A stretch of DNA of 40,855 nt from an uncultured bacterium. GTDB taxonomy: Bacteria > Krumholzibacteriota > Krumholzibacteriia > WVZY01 > JAKEHA01. The position numbers were made by a program, and so were the translations under genes. The notes beneath the pieces are model-generated. The model searched no databases. It worked only from the letters and a program-made list of their open reading frames with translations, and had not been told where the DNA came from. Location: positions 1 to 40,855 of the forward strand of contig CBDUWU010000003.1 of NCBI GenBank assembly GCA_965371015.1. Direction: 5' to 3'. Shown here in pieces: positions 8,128 through 20,016 of the stretch (the stretch's first letter is position 1; every line of letters starts with the position of its first letter).

Positions 8128-8142
8128 TGGCACGTTGATTGC
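8128..8142 (+). promoter_or_regulatory. Sigma54 (-24/-12) promoter of the lipoprotein-DUF4384 operon
   Basis: TGGCAC-GTTGA-TTGC exact consensus. Confidence 0.8.
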
Positions 8143-8158
8143 GCTAAGGAATGTCGTG

Positions 8159-9058
8159 ATGGCTAACGAAAACAACATAAGAAACCCAATCGGTCGTTTC
8201 GAACAGGTGTCGGGTACTCTGTTCGCAATGGCAATTGCCATCGTATTCCCAATCGTTGCTGGTTGCACCAGCGAGTGCATCGAATGCTCCGATCCGGCGG
8301 GAACAAACGCCCCCCCGTTCCCGCCGGTCGGGGTATTCAGTATCACGGGCGACGGCCAGGTGGAAATCTGCTGGTCGGAGAACTGGGAAGACGACCTGGC
8401 CGGGTACGCCGTCTACAGAGATGATAATAATGATGGACTATTTGACTGGTTAGCGGATGTCGACCCGACGTCGCTCTGCTTCACGGATACGGATGTCACA
8501 AACGGCAGGACTTACGACTACGCGGTCCTCGCCTTTGATACGAGGAACCACGAAAGCGAATTGAGTTACGAGGACGTGTTCGACACGCCTCGACCTGAGG
8601 GGTTCAATGTGGTGTTGAGCGATTATTTGGGGCAAAACCCTGCCACGAGTGGATGGGACTTCGTGTCCCGGTCCGTTCGGGCGTGGGACAACATCACGAC
8701 GGATATCTACTTCGGTACGCTGACGGATCAGCAAACGGCAGGTGACGTGAGCTACGTGTTTACGGCTGCCGGAGTAGATATCCAGGATTACGGCTATATA
8801 GCCGACGCGGATGAGTTTGCCGTGTTCGTCGACTGGGCGCCCGTGCAGGGGTGGTCCAACCTCGGGCGGGTGGAGGCGGTCAACCACCACGCCTACATCG
8901 TCAGGGTCAACAACGGACACAACAACTACGCGAAGATCTGGGTCAAATCGGCGACCAGAGACCAGGTGACACTCGACTGGGCATACCAGGAAGATCCGGA
9001 CAACCCGGAACTCGTCTCTGGAGCCTCGGCTGGTGCCTCGGGAGGTGCTTCGCGATGA
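8159..9058 (+). CDS. Lipoprotein with fibronectin type III-like domain and a C-terminal beta domain (possibly HmuY-like)
   Basis: Lipobox IVAG-C; PPFPPVGV...GDGQVEICW...DLAGYAVYR...FTDTDVTNGRTYDYAVLAFD FN3 pattern; C-terminal YIVR....NYAKIWV....TLDWAYQ. Confidence 0.75.
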   Translation: MANENNIRNPIGRFEQVSGTLFAMAIAIVFPIVAGCTSECIECSDPAGTNAPPFPPVGVFSITGDGQVEICWSENWEDDLAGYAVYRDDNNDGLFDWLADVDPTSLCFTDTDVTNGRTYDYAVLAFDTRNHESELSYEDVFDTPRPEGFNVVLSDYLGQNPATSGWDFVSRSVRAWDNITTDIYFGTLTDQQTAGDVSYVFTAAGVDIQDYGYIADADEFAVFVDWAPVQGWSNLGRVEAVNHHAYIVRVNNGHNNYAKIWVKSATRDQVTLDWAYQEDPDNPELVSGASAGASGGASR

Positions 9059-10092
9059 CAACATCCAGGCCCGTCCGGGTCCGGGGGATCATAATGGCTC
9101 TCGTCGCGATTGCCGCCGTGTTGGCCACGGCAGTGCCCGCGGCGATGGCGGACCCGCCGGCAGGCGGCCGGGTCACGGTGACGGGCTCTGCGGGCATTCA
9201 CGTGTGGTTCGATCAGCCGCAGGCCCAGGGAGTTTACGCATCGTATGACGACGTCGTCATATCGGTACAGGCGACACGCGGTTGTTTCGCCACCGTATTC
9301 GTGGTCGACACGTACGGATTCGTCCACGTCGTCCACCCGTTCTCGCCGGACGAAGACGCGTGGATCCACGGAGGCCACACGTATCGTTTCAGCGGGCGCG
9401 AAATGGGCCTCGACGGTTTTGGCGGGCGCGGTATCGCCCACGTGTTTGCGATCGGCAGTCCGTATCCGTTCGACTATTCACCCTACGGGGAGTCGATCTT
9501 CGTGGGACGTTACGGGTACCGGATCCAGGGCGATCCCTACGTCGGCTGCCGGCAGCTGTACGTTTCGCTGCTGCCCGCCGGTTGCCAATGGGACCAGATT
9601 GGCGTCGGATTCGCCAGGTTCTACGTTCGGGAATGGGCGCGGTATCCGGTGTACCTGTGCCACGGCTATCATGGACGCGGCTCGCACGTGAGGACAGGCC
9701 GGTGCCAGCAATGTGATTCGGCGTACGACACGTACCGCGTGCACGTGAACGATCCGCGGGTCGTACTGCAGAGGGCGCCGCGATACAAGGACACGTACAG
9801 AGACTCGTACGCGAACACGACGATCGAGCGCGCCGCCGGCGCAGAGCAGTACCGGATGGTTCGCGACAACAAGAGCGCGGAGCGCGTAAGCGTTACGACG
9901 ACCACGGGGCGCTCAAAGAGCTACGCGAGAATCGTCAGTGCGGGACGTACCGGGGACCGCACCGCGGCGACGGCCGGACGACGCACGAAGGTCACGAAAC
10001 GCGCGGGCGCGGCGAAGCAGACCGCTTCGAATACGGCGCCCCGGCACTCCGTGAAGAAGACGACCTACAAAAAAGGCCGGGTGAATAGATAG
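9055..10092 (+). CDS. Secreted DUF4384-like domain protein with basic low-complexity tail
   Basis: ATGA overlap with the upstream gene and GGAGG RBS; signal peptide; VWFD...VY...DDVVISVQATRGCFATVFVVDTYGFVHVVHP pattern; Arg/Lys/Thr-rich C-terminus. Confidence 0.7.
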   Translation: MTTSRPVRVRGIIMALVAIAAVLATAVPAAMADPPAGGRVTVTGSAGIHVWFDQPQAQGVYASYDDVVISVQATRGCFATVFVVDTYGFVHVVHPFSPDEDAWIHGGHTYRFSGREMGLDGFGGRGIAHVFAIGSPYPFDYSPYGESIFVGRYGYRIQGDPYVGCRQLYVSLLPAGCQWDQIGVGFARFYVREWARYPVYLCHGYHGRGSHVRTGRCQQCDSAYDTYRVHVNDPRVVLQRAPRYKDTYRDSYANTTIERAAGAEQYRMVRDNKSAERVSVTTTTGRSKSYARIVSAGRTGDRTAATAGRRTKVTKRAGAAKQTASNTAPRHSVKKTTYKKGRVNR

Positions 10093-10185
10093 ATACGTTT
10101 GTTAACGACGCGATAACCCCGTCGCACACGGTTTGGTTGGCTGGTAGCGTAATCGAGCAGGCTGGTTCATTGCCGACCAGGTAGG

Positions 10186-10432
10186 GGGGAGTTGAGCAGA
10201 GTGAAAGCCGATCAGGGGCGGCGATTACGGAAGCTTCAGCTCCCCTTTACTGACTTAAGACGGCCAACCGAATGGGGGAGTTGGGCAACGTAGACGTCGA
10301 ATTCAGGGGCGGCGATTACGGAAGTCCCAGCTCCCCTTAACTAAATATACCGGATAACGGTCTGTGTGAGGGGAGTTGGGCGGCGTAGACGTCGAATTCA
10401 GGGGCGGCGATTTACAAACGTTTCAACTCCCC
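10186..10432 (+). repeat. Three tandem ~60-63 nt imperfect hairpin repeats (10186-10245, 10275-10336, 10370-10432), probable structured RNA
   Basis: Each unit is GGGGAGTTG...CARCTCCCC with invariant core TCAGGGGCGGCGATT; substitutions preserve base pairing; unique AT-richer linkers of about 30 nt. Confidence 0.85.
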
Positions 10433-10439
10433 TTTCCTG

Positions 10440-10468
10440 TTGACCGAAAAGACGGCTAATTATACATT
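10440..10468 (+). promoter_or_regulatory. Sigma70-type promoter for the M6-like/PorV operon
   Basis: TTGACC, 17 bp, TACATT. Confidence 0.55.
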
Positions 10469-10529
10469 ATTATAGCGAGTTATTCTAGCGCATTGTCCAT
10501 CCCTTGTACTACCCCGGAAAGTCCAGAAA

Positions 10530-13907
<3,378 letters not shown>

Positions 13908-13919
13908 GGAGGAGTTGAC

Positions 13920-14873
13920 ATGTCCGCTTTCGGAGCAAGACTCAGGCAAATCAATTGGCGAACGTGCAGCGGCGCCCTTCTGGCGATCGTTCTTCTTTCG
14001 GCGTCGCAACCGGCGTCAGCAGCCGGCGATCCAGGCGACGCCGGAGCGCTATTTCTGCGGATCGGAATGGGTGCGCGGGCGGCTTCGATGGGTAACGGCT
14101 ACGCCGCCGTCGCAGAAGACGCTTCGTCGGTGTACTGGAATCCGGCCGCCATGGCGGCTGTCCTCGGCACCAACATACAGTTTACCCACGACGAGTACAT
14201 GGTCACCGCGCGCCTCGAACAAATCGCCCTGACCCACGAGACCAGATACGGAACCCTCGGGTTGTCATTCACCGGCATGTACCTGGACGACATGGAGCGC
14301 CGCGAAAACATCCCGACGGAAATCCCGCTCGGGACCTTCCCCGTCTTCGACGTTTCATTCGCCGTCGGGTTCGCCCGCTATATTCTGCCGAACACTTCGC
14401 TCGGCGCGACGGTCAAGCCCGTCTATCAGAAGATCGACCAGAGGTCGGCGTCCGGGTGGGCTTTCGATCTGGGGATCTTCCACGTGTCCCGCATCAACGG
14501 CCTCAAGCTGGCCGCCGTAGCCGGCAACGTCGGCGCCCCCATGAAGTTCATCGAAGAGGAATACGCGCTGCCGCGCTACATCAAGGTCGGCGGCGCCTAC
14601 GAAAGAGAGACCGTCGTGCTGCGGGGCCGATTCCTGTTCACCCTGGACGGTGTGTGGGTCAACGACGGCGATCCGAAGCAGCACCTGGGAGCAGAGTACA
14701 TGTACCAGCGCACACTCGCGCTGCGAGCCGGTTACAAGGCGGGGTATGATTCCTACGGCGGGACCTTCGGGGCGGGCATCAACTACAAGAGCCTGCAGAT
14801 CGATTACGCGTTCCTGCTGGTCAAGAACGACCTCGGCGACAACCACCGGATCAGTCTCGGACTTCGTCTTTAA
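13920..14873 (+). CDS. PorV/PorQ-family (UPF0164, FadL-like) outer-membrane beta-barrel
   Basis: FLRIGMGARAASMGNGYAAVAEDASSVYWNPA signature; LRAGY; C-terminal IDYAF...LGDNHRISLGLRL; GAGGAG RBS. Confidence 0.88.
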   Translation: MSAFGARLRQINWRTCSGALLAIVLLSASQPASAAGDPGDAGALFLRIGMGARAASMGNGYAAVAEDASSVYWNPAAMAAVLGTNIQFTHDEYMVTARLEQIALTHETRYGTLGLSFTGMYLDDMERRENIPTEIPLGTFPVFDVSFAVGFARYILPNTSLGATVKPVYQKIDQRSASGWAFDLGIFHVSRINGLKLAAVAGNVGAPMKFIEEEYALPRYIKVGGAYERETVVLRGRFLFTLDGVWVNDGDPKQHLGAEYMYQRTLALRAGYKAGYDSYGGTFGAGINYKSLQIDYAFLLVKNDLGDNHRISLGLRL

Positions 14874-15612
14874 AGCAGTTGAGAGTCAGTTCTCCGTCCG
14901 AGAGCCTGCCGTAGGTAAAGCTTTCAAACCAGTCACCCACGAGCATGAAGTCGTTCCCGTCTCGCGAATCGAGGAGGGGGTAATGCACGTGCCCCATGAT
15001 AAAGGCGTCGTTTCCGCGGGCGTAGAATTGCCGGTGGGCCCTTTCTGCAACCCGGCGCGCGTTGGCTTCCTGCGGCTGCTTGCTCATTTTGCGGCTTCCC
15101 GTCGCCACCGAACGGGCGATCGCGTCCATGATGTCCGGGTGGATCCACCGCGACGCGCCGATGAGCAGGCGGTTCCGGATGAACGGGCGCACGAGCTTGT
15201 AGCCCCAGTCGCCGGGCATCGCCAGGTCGCCGTGAGCGCAGACAATTTTGCGCCCCTGGGCGGAGATGAGGATCTCGTTCCAGTGAATCGTCATCCCGAG
15301 ACCTTTAGTAATGAAGTCGCCGACCCAGTAGTCGTGATTTCCGCCGAGAAAGTGCATCTCGATACCGCGTTCCCCGCAGGCCAGAAATTCGGCGAACAGG
15401 TCGACGAACCTCTTTCCGACCACGGAGCGGTACTCGAAGTAGAAATCGAAAATGTCGCCGAGGAGGTACAGTGCCGTGCCTTCGGGGAGGCTGCGGAGAA
15501 AGCGGACAAACACGTCGCGGCGCCGCGCCTCACCGGGGACCTCCCGGCTGCGAAAGTGGGTGTCGGCGACAAACCGGATATCGTTGTTGGAAATGGCTTT
15601 GAAGTCGGTCAT
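14851..15612 (-). CDS. lpxH: UDP-2,3-diacylglucosamine diphosphatase (LpxH-type metallophosphoesterase)
   Basis: ADTH, LLGDIFDF, GNHD, AHGD, MGHVH, GDW motifs. Confidence 0.88.
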   Translation of the reverse strand: MTDFKAISNNDIRFVADTHFRSREVPGEARRRDVFVRFLRSLPEGTALYLLGDIFDFYFEYRSVVGKRFVDLFAEFLACGERGIEMHFLGGNHDYWVGDFITKGLGMTIHWNEILISAQGRKIVCAHGDLAMPGDWGYKLVRPFIRNRLLIGASRWIHPDIMDAIARSVATGSRKMSKQPQEANARRVAERAHRQFYARGNDAFIMGHVHYPLLDSRDGNDFMLVGDWFESFTYGRLSDGELTLNCFKDEVRD

Positions 15613-15682
15613 GTCACCCGTCCGCTCCGCGGGCCCGTCAACCCGGTTAACCTGTTGAGAATATGAGGAACTACGGCAGTCT

Positions 15683-15697
15683 TGGCACTATTCTTGT
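15683..15697 (+). promoter_or_regulatory. Near-consensus sigma54 promoter
   Basis: TGGCAC-TATTC-TTGT (C-12 replaced by T), intergenic upstream of htrA. Confidence 0.45.
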
Positions 15698-15870
15698 ATA
15701 CACCATACTGGATCGACCGGTATCTATTAAAGGACAACTGATGAAAATGCAACAAAATTCCAGAAAACTACCGGCCGATCGCCTCTGTACCGGAACTCTC
15801 CGGGACCCTGAACGTAGAATAAGTGCGAGTAGGGGAACGGGGTAGCGCCCCCGGGGCGGTTAAAAATTAG

Positions 15871-15900
15871 TTGACACGAATCAGCCGCCCATGGTATCAT
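15871..15900 (+). promoter_or_regulatory. Sigma70-type promoter with extended -10 upstream of htrA
   Basis: TTGACA, 18 bp, TGG-TATCAT. Confidence 0.55.
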
Positions 15901-15970
15901 CACCTCCGGTAAGTGCCGAGATGGCAAAGGGAAAGGACCCACTCGGCGGCCGGAACAGCGAGCACGGTTG

Positions 15971-15999
15971 TTGACTGAGCCGCCAGCGGGAGCTACACT
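15971..15999 (+). promoter_or_regulatory. Second sigma70-type promoter upstream of htrA
   Basis: TTGACT, 17 bp, TACACT. Confidence 0.55.
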
Positions 16000-16198
16000 G
16001 TTAAGTGTGGTAACCAGTTAACGGCAACGCTTCAAAACCAGTCAGGTCACCCCTCCCCTACCAGCGGAATTCCCGTGGTCTCCGCGTAAGGAATTCCGGG
16101 TTCAAACGAATACTTAGTAGAGATCGCACAATACGCACGTGTGGCCGGAGCCACCGGTCGACCTGTCAACGGGTGGATGATGAAGGACGAAAGCAAAT

Positions 16199-17674
16199 AT
16201 GAGAAGTAGATCCTTGCAGACGCTAATACTCGGGACGCTGGTCCTGGCGACCGGCTTTGCCGCCGGCCAGCTCCTGATGTCGGACTCCACGGCCCAGACC
16301 GCGACGGGAAACGTACCGATCCGCTCCGACGGCAGCTCGATATTCGCCGACGTCGCTGAAGCGGTCGGCCCCGGCGTAGTCTTCATCAAGACCGAGAGGT
16401 CTGCGTCGAGTTCGGGAGAGGGTGACGGGTTCCGGATCCCGGAGTTCTTCCGGGAATTCCTGCCCGACGATGAGACGCACCGTGAGCGCCGGATTCCCGG
16501 TGGCGGTTCCGGATTCGTCTTCGATCACGAAGGCCGCATCATAACCAACCACCACGTCATTCGCGATGCCGACGAGATCATCGTCGTGCTCGAGACGAGT
16601 GAGGGCGAAGTGGAGATGGAAGCGACCGTGGTCGGTGCTGATCCGCGAACCGACATCGCGATCATCCAGATCGATCTGCCCGCCAACGGACTGACCGTGG
16701 TCCCGCTGGGAGACTCGGACAAGTGCCGCGTGGGTGACTGGGTGATGGCGATCGGAACGCCGTTCGGCCAGCTCCAGGGCTCGGTCACGGCCGGTATCAT
16801 CAGTGCGAAGGGACGGAGCGACCTGAGGATCATGGGCAGCGACCCGAACGGGTTTCAGAATTACATCCAGACCGACGCGTCGATCAACTTCGGCAACAGC
16901 GGCGGGCCGCTGGTCAACATGAAGGGCGAAGCTATCGGCATCAACACGGCGATCAACCCCTCGGGCCAGGGAATTGGTTTCGCGATTCCGATCAACATGG
17001 CCAAGGAAATCATGGGGCAGCTGATCGCCGAGGGCAGGGTTCGCTACGGTTTCATCGGCATCTCGCTGCAGGAATTGAACAAGGACCTCGCGGCGGGGTT
17101 TGATCTGGATATCGACTACGGCATCCTCGTCCAGAACGTGCTCGAAGGATACCCGGCGGAAAAAGCGGGGATCCAGAACCGGGACGTTATTATCGAATAC
17201 AACGGCGAAGTGATCAAAGACGCCGACAAGTTCCGGCTGCTGGTGGGCAGGACGGAAATCGGCGAAACGGTGCCGCTCGTCGTGTGGCGCAAGGGCAAGG
17301 CAAAGAATCTCAAGATCACCGTCGGTGAACGACCCGACGACGCGGTGGTGGCATCGACGCAGCCGAGCGGACAGGACGCATGGCTCGGCCTGCACGTAGA
17401 CGATCTGGGTTCGCGCGACGTGAGACGTCAATACAACGTTTCGCGCGGACAAAAAGGTGTGATTGTGCTGGAGGTTGACGAGGGTAGTCCGGCTGATCAG
17501 GCTGGCATCCGCGAGGGCGATATCGTCACCGAGGTATACTCGATTTCGGTCGATGACCTCGATGGATATCGCAAGGTCGCGGAGAATCTCAAAGAGAGGG
17601 AAGCCCCCATCGCTTTCCTGGTCAAACGAGGGAGAAGTACCACTTACATTCCGGTCAAACCGGATAAGCGGTAG
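16199..17674 (+). CDS. htrA: Do/DegP/DegQ (HtrA) serine endoprotease with two PDZ domains
   Basis: GSGF, ITNHHV, TDIA, IQTDASINFGNSGGPL catalytic triad motifs; two PDZ domains; signal peptide. Confidence 0.95.
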   Translation: MRSRSLQTLILGTLVLATGFAAGQLLMSDSTAQTATGNVPIRSDGSSIFADVAEAVGPGVVFIKTERSASSSGEGDGFRIPEFFREFLPDDETHRERRIPGGGSGFVFDHEGRIITNHHVIRDADEIIVVLETSEGEVEMEATVVGADPRTDIAIIQIDLPANGLTVVPLGDSDKCRVGDWVMAIGTPFGQLQGSVTAGIISAKGRSDLRIMGSDPNGFQNYIQTDASINFGNSGGPLVNMKGEAIGINTAINPSGQGIGFAIPINMAKEIMGQLIAEGRVRYGFIGISLQELNKDLAAGFDLDIDYGILVQNVLEGYPAEKAGIQNRDVIIEYNGEVIKDADKFRLLVGRTEIGETVPLVVWRKGKAKNLKITVGERPDDAVVASTQPSGQDAWLGLHVDDLGSRDVRRQYNVSRGQKGVIVLEVDEGSPADQAGIREGDIVTEVYSISVDDLDGYRKVAENLKEREAPIAFLVKRGRSTTYIPVKPDKR

Positions 17675-17775
17675 CGCCCGGTTCGGTTTCCACCCCTCCG
17701 GGAAAGGACCATCGGCGTGCCCAGGAAAGGGTGATCCAGATGTTCGACCACGGGGACGATAAAGGAAGGAAGACA

Positions 17776-18636
17776 GTGAGACAGACAAGGAGTCAGGGTG
17801 GTCTGAGCGGCAATCGCAGCTTGGACGTATACCTTCACGAGATCAACAAAACCCCCCTGCTGAAGCGTGAGGAGGAACAGTCGCTGGCGCGGAAGATCCA
17901 TTCCGGCAGCCAGGAGGCGCTGGACCAGCTGGTTCAGGCCAACCTCCGGTTCGTCGTTTCCATCGCCAAGCAGTACGCCAATCAGGGGCTCTCGCTGGAG
18001 GACCTGATCAATGAGGGCAACCTCGGCCTGATCAAGGCGGCACACCGCTTCGACGAGAAGCGCGGATTCAAATTTATTTCCTACGCTGTCTGGTGGATCC
18101 GCCAGGCGATGCTGCAGGCGCTCGCCGAGCATTCGCGGATCGTGCGCCTGCCGCTCAACCGCGCGGGCACGCTGTACCGGATCGGCAAGACGTCGCGCAA
18201 GCTCGACCAGGAGCTCGGACGGAAGCCGACGGCGGAAGAGATCGCGAACAAGCTGGGCCTGTCGGTGGTAGAGGTCCGGGACACGATGAAAATTGCCAAT
18301 ACGCACGTGTCGTTGGACGACCCTTATTCCAACGACAAGGACGACAACGCACTGGTCGACTATCTGACGGACGCAGACCAGGTTCCTCCGGACGAGGGAA
18401 CGTACACCAACGCTCTGTCGGAGGACATGGAACGCGCGCTCGATACGCTTACCGACCGGGAAAAATCGATTCTGACGCTGTACTTCGGGTTGAGCGGGGA
18501 AGACCCGCTGACACTGGAGGACATCGGCAAGAAGATGAAGCTGACCCGGGAGCGCATCCGCCAGATCAAGGAAAAGGCGATCCAGCGCCTGCGCCACTCG
18601 ACCCGCGCGAAGTACCTGAAGGGTTATATCGATTAG
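17776..18636 (+). CDS. RNA polymerase sigma factor, RpoD/SigA family, short form lacking region 1.1
   Basis: LDVYLHEI, ANLRFVVSIAKQY, DLINEGNLGL, GFKFISYAVWWIRQ, LTRERIRQIKEKA; GTG at 17776 after AGGAAGGA. Confidence 0.93.
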   Translation: MRQTRSQGGLSGNRSLDVYLHEINKTPLLKREEEQSLARKIHSGSQEALDQLVQANLRFVVSIAKQYANQGLSLEDLINEGNLGLIKAAHRFDEKRGFKFISYAVWWIRQAMLQALAEHSRIVRLPLNRAGTLYRIGKTSRKLDQELGRKPTAEEIANKLGLSVVEVRDTMKIANTHVSLDDPYSNDKDDNALVDYLTDADQVPPDEGTYTNALSEDMERALDTLTDREKSILTLYFGLSGEDPLTLEDIGKKMKLTRERIRQIKEKAIQRLRHSTRAKYLKGYID

Positions 18637-18847
18637 TCTCGACCAGCTTTCTGTCTGGCCCTTATCGAGCGCCGCGGCACCACGCCGCGGCGCTCTCTCT
18701 ATACATCTCCGATTGACGCCGCCGGTAGCAGGGGCCTGCACTCTCGTTAACCGACTATATCGCAATGCCATGTAAGTGGTTGTACGGTAACAAGAAATAC
18801 GGTCGGGTATGGTATGGATATTGCAATCGTTGGCCAGGAATATGCCC

Positions 18848-18876
18848 TTGACAACGGATCCGTTCTTAATTAAGGT
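18848..18876 (+). promoter_or_regulatory. Sigma70-type promoter
   Basis: TTGACA, 17 bp, TAAGGT. Confidence 0.55.
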
Positions 18877-18913
18877 ACCGTAACATTTTCGCGGTCGAGG
18901 CGCATTCAGCACC

Positions 18914-19828
18914 ATGAGAGATAAGTACTTCAATTTCCTATATATACCAGCGATCAACGCCGAACCCAGGCAATTCCGGGTGCGGCGCGCCGTGATTTAT
19001 GCCATTTTTTCCAGCCTCGCCGTCGCCTTGTTGATTGCAACATGGGCCGTCGTCGAGTTTTCCGGCGAAATCAAGCGGACCTACCTGCTCGCATCGCTCG
19101 AAAAAGAGAACGCACAGCTCAAAGAACGGGTCTTCGGATTCGAAGAGGAAGTCGGGGTACTGAAGCGCCAGGTCGCCCAGAACTTCGATTTCCAGAAGAA
19201 GGCGCGTATCCTGGCCCAGCTGGAAGAGATGAGCGATGACGTGACTCAAGTCGGCATCGGCGGGCCCGATTATGCTTACATCCAGTCCGTCGCTTACCTC
19301 GACCCCGAGACCAGGGAAAAAGTCCTCGATGTCCATCAGGATATGGATAAGCTGTTGCGGCAAGCTAGATTACAGAATGAAAGCTATACCGAAATCATCA
19401 AGAACCTCGAAGAGGTCAGCGATCTGCAGCGGCATACGCCCTCATTGCGGCCTGTCAACGTCGGTTTTGTCTCCAGTTATTTCGGCCGCCGGATGGATCC
19501 GATCAGCGGACGCCGGACCGTCCACCGGGGGATCGATTTTTCGGCGCGCAAGGGCACACCCGTGGTGGCACCGGCGGACGGCGTGGTGACCTTTTCCGGC
19601 AAATGGAAAACCTACGGCAATGTTGTTGAATTATCACATGGTTACGGCTATGTGACCCGGTACGCACACCTCGAGAAACAGCTCGTCCGCAAGGGCCAGA
19701 AAGTCAAGCGCGGTGACGTGATTGCCCGCGTCGGATCCAGCGGAAAATCCACCTTTTCGCACCTCCACTACGAAGTCGTCACCGACGGCAACCGGGTCGA
19801 CCCCCTGAAATACATCGTTTCGCGATAG
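18914..19828 (+). CDS. M23 family peptidoglycan endopeptidase with TM anchor and coiled coil
   Basis: HRGID, YAHL, HLHYEV zinc motifs. Confidence 0.93.
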   Translation: MRDKYFNFLYIPAINAEPRQFRVRRAVIYAIFSSLAVALLIATWAVVEFSGEIKRTYLLASLEKENAQLKERVFGFEEEVGVLKRQVAQNFDFQKKARILAQLEEMSDDVTQVGIGGPDYAYIQSVAYLDPETREKVLDVHQDMDKLLRQARLQNESYTEIIKNLEEVSDLQRHTPSLRPVNVGFVSSYFGRRMDPISGRRTVHRGIDFSARKGTPVVAPADGVVTFSGKWKTYGNVVELSHGYGYVTRYAHLEKQLVRKGQKVKRGDVIARVGSSGKSTFSHLHYEVVTDGNRVDPLKYIVSR

Positions 19829-20016
19829 CGCGGACGGTGGAAAATCTCCTAATTTTACTTGCCAAAGTTTTTAAGCCTGTTCTATTCTCAATCCGGATGA
19901 ATAAAAAGGCTTATCGCCTTGCAACATAGAAAGTTCCGCCACTATACCCGTGCACAGACCAATCGGGTGTCGTGTGTGGCGCGGTGTTTCCAGGCGCAAT
20001 CAAGGAGTTGGATGGG

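Noticed and set aside
3830-8160. Horizontally acquired island suggested by AT-richer patches
   Set aside because: The lower GC is limited to intergenic DNA and the small ORF; no integrase, transposase, tRNA or flanking direct repeats were seen.
8851-9054. ORF-track N-terminal extension of the DUF4384-like gene
   Set aside because: It overlaps the lipoprotein gene; the RBS, ATGA coupling and signal peptide support a start at 9055.
10186-10432. CRISPR array interpretation of the three repeats with ~30-nt unique linkers
   Set aside because: Repeats are 60-63 nt, diverge substantially from each other with compensatory changes, and no cas genes are in the window; better explained as structured RNA units.
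18823-18836. Minus-strand TGGCCAACGATTGC as a sigma54 promoter
   Set aside because: GG-GC spacing is 9 nt instead of the obligatory 10.
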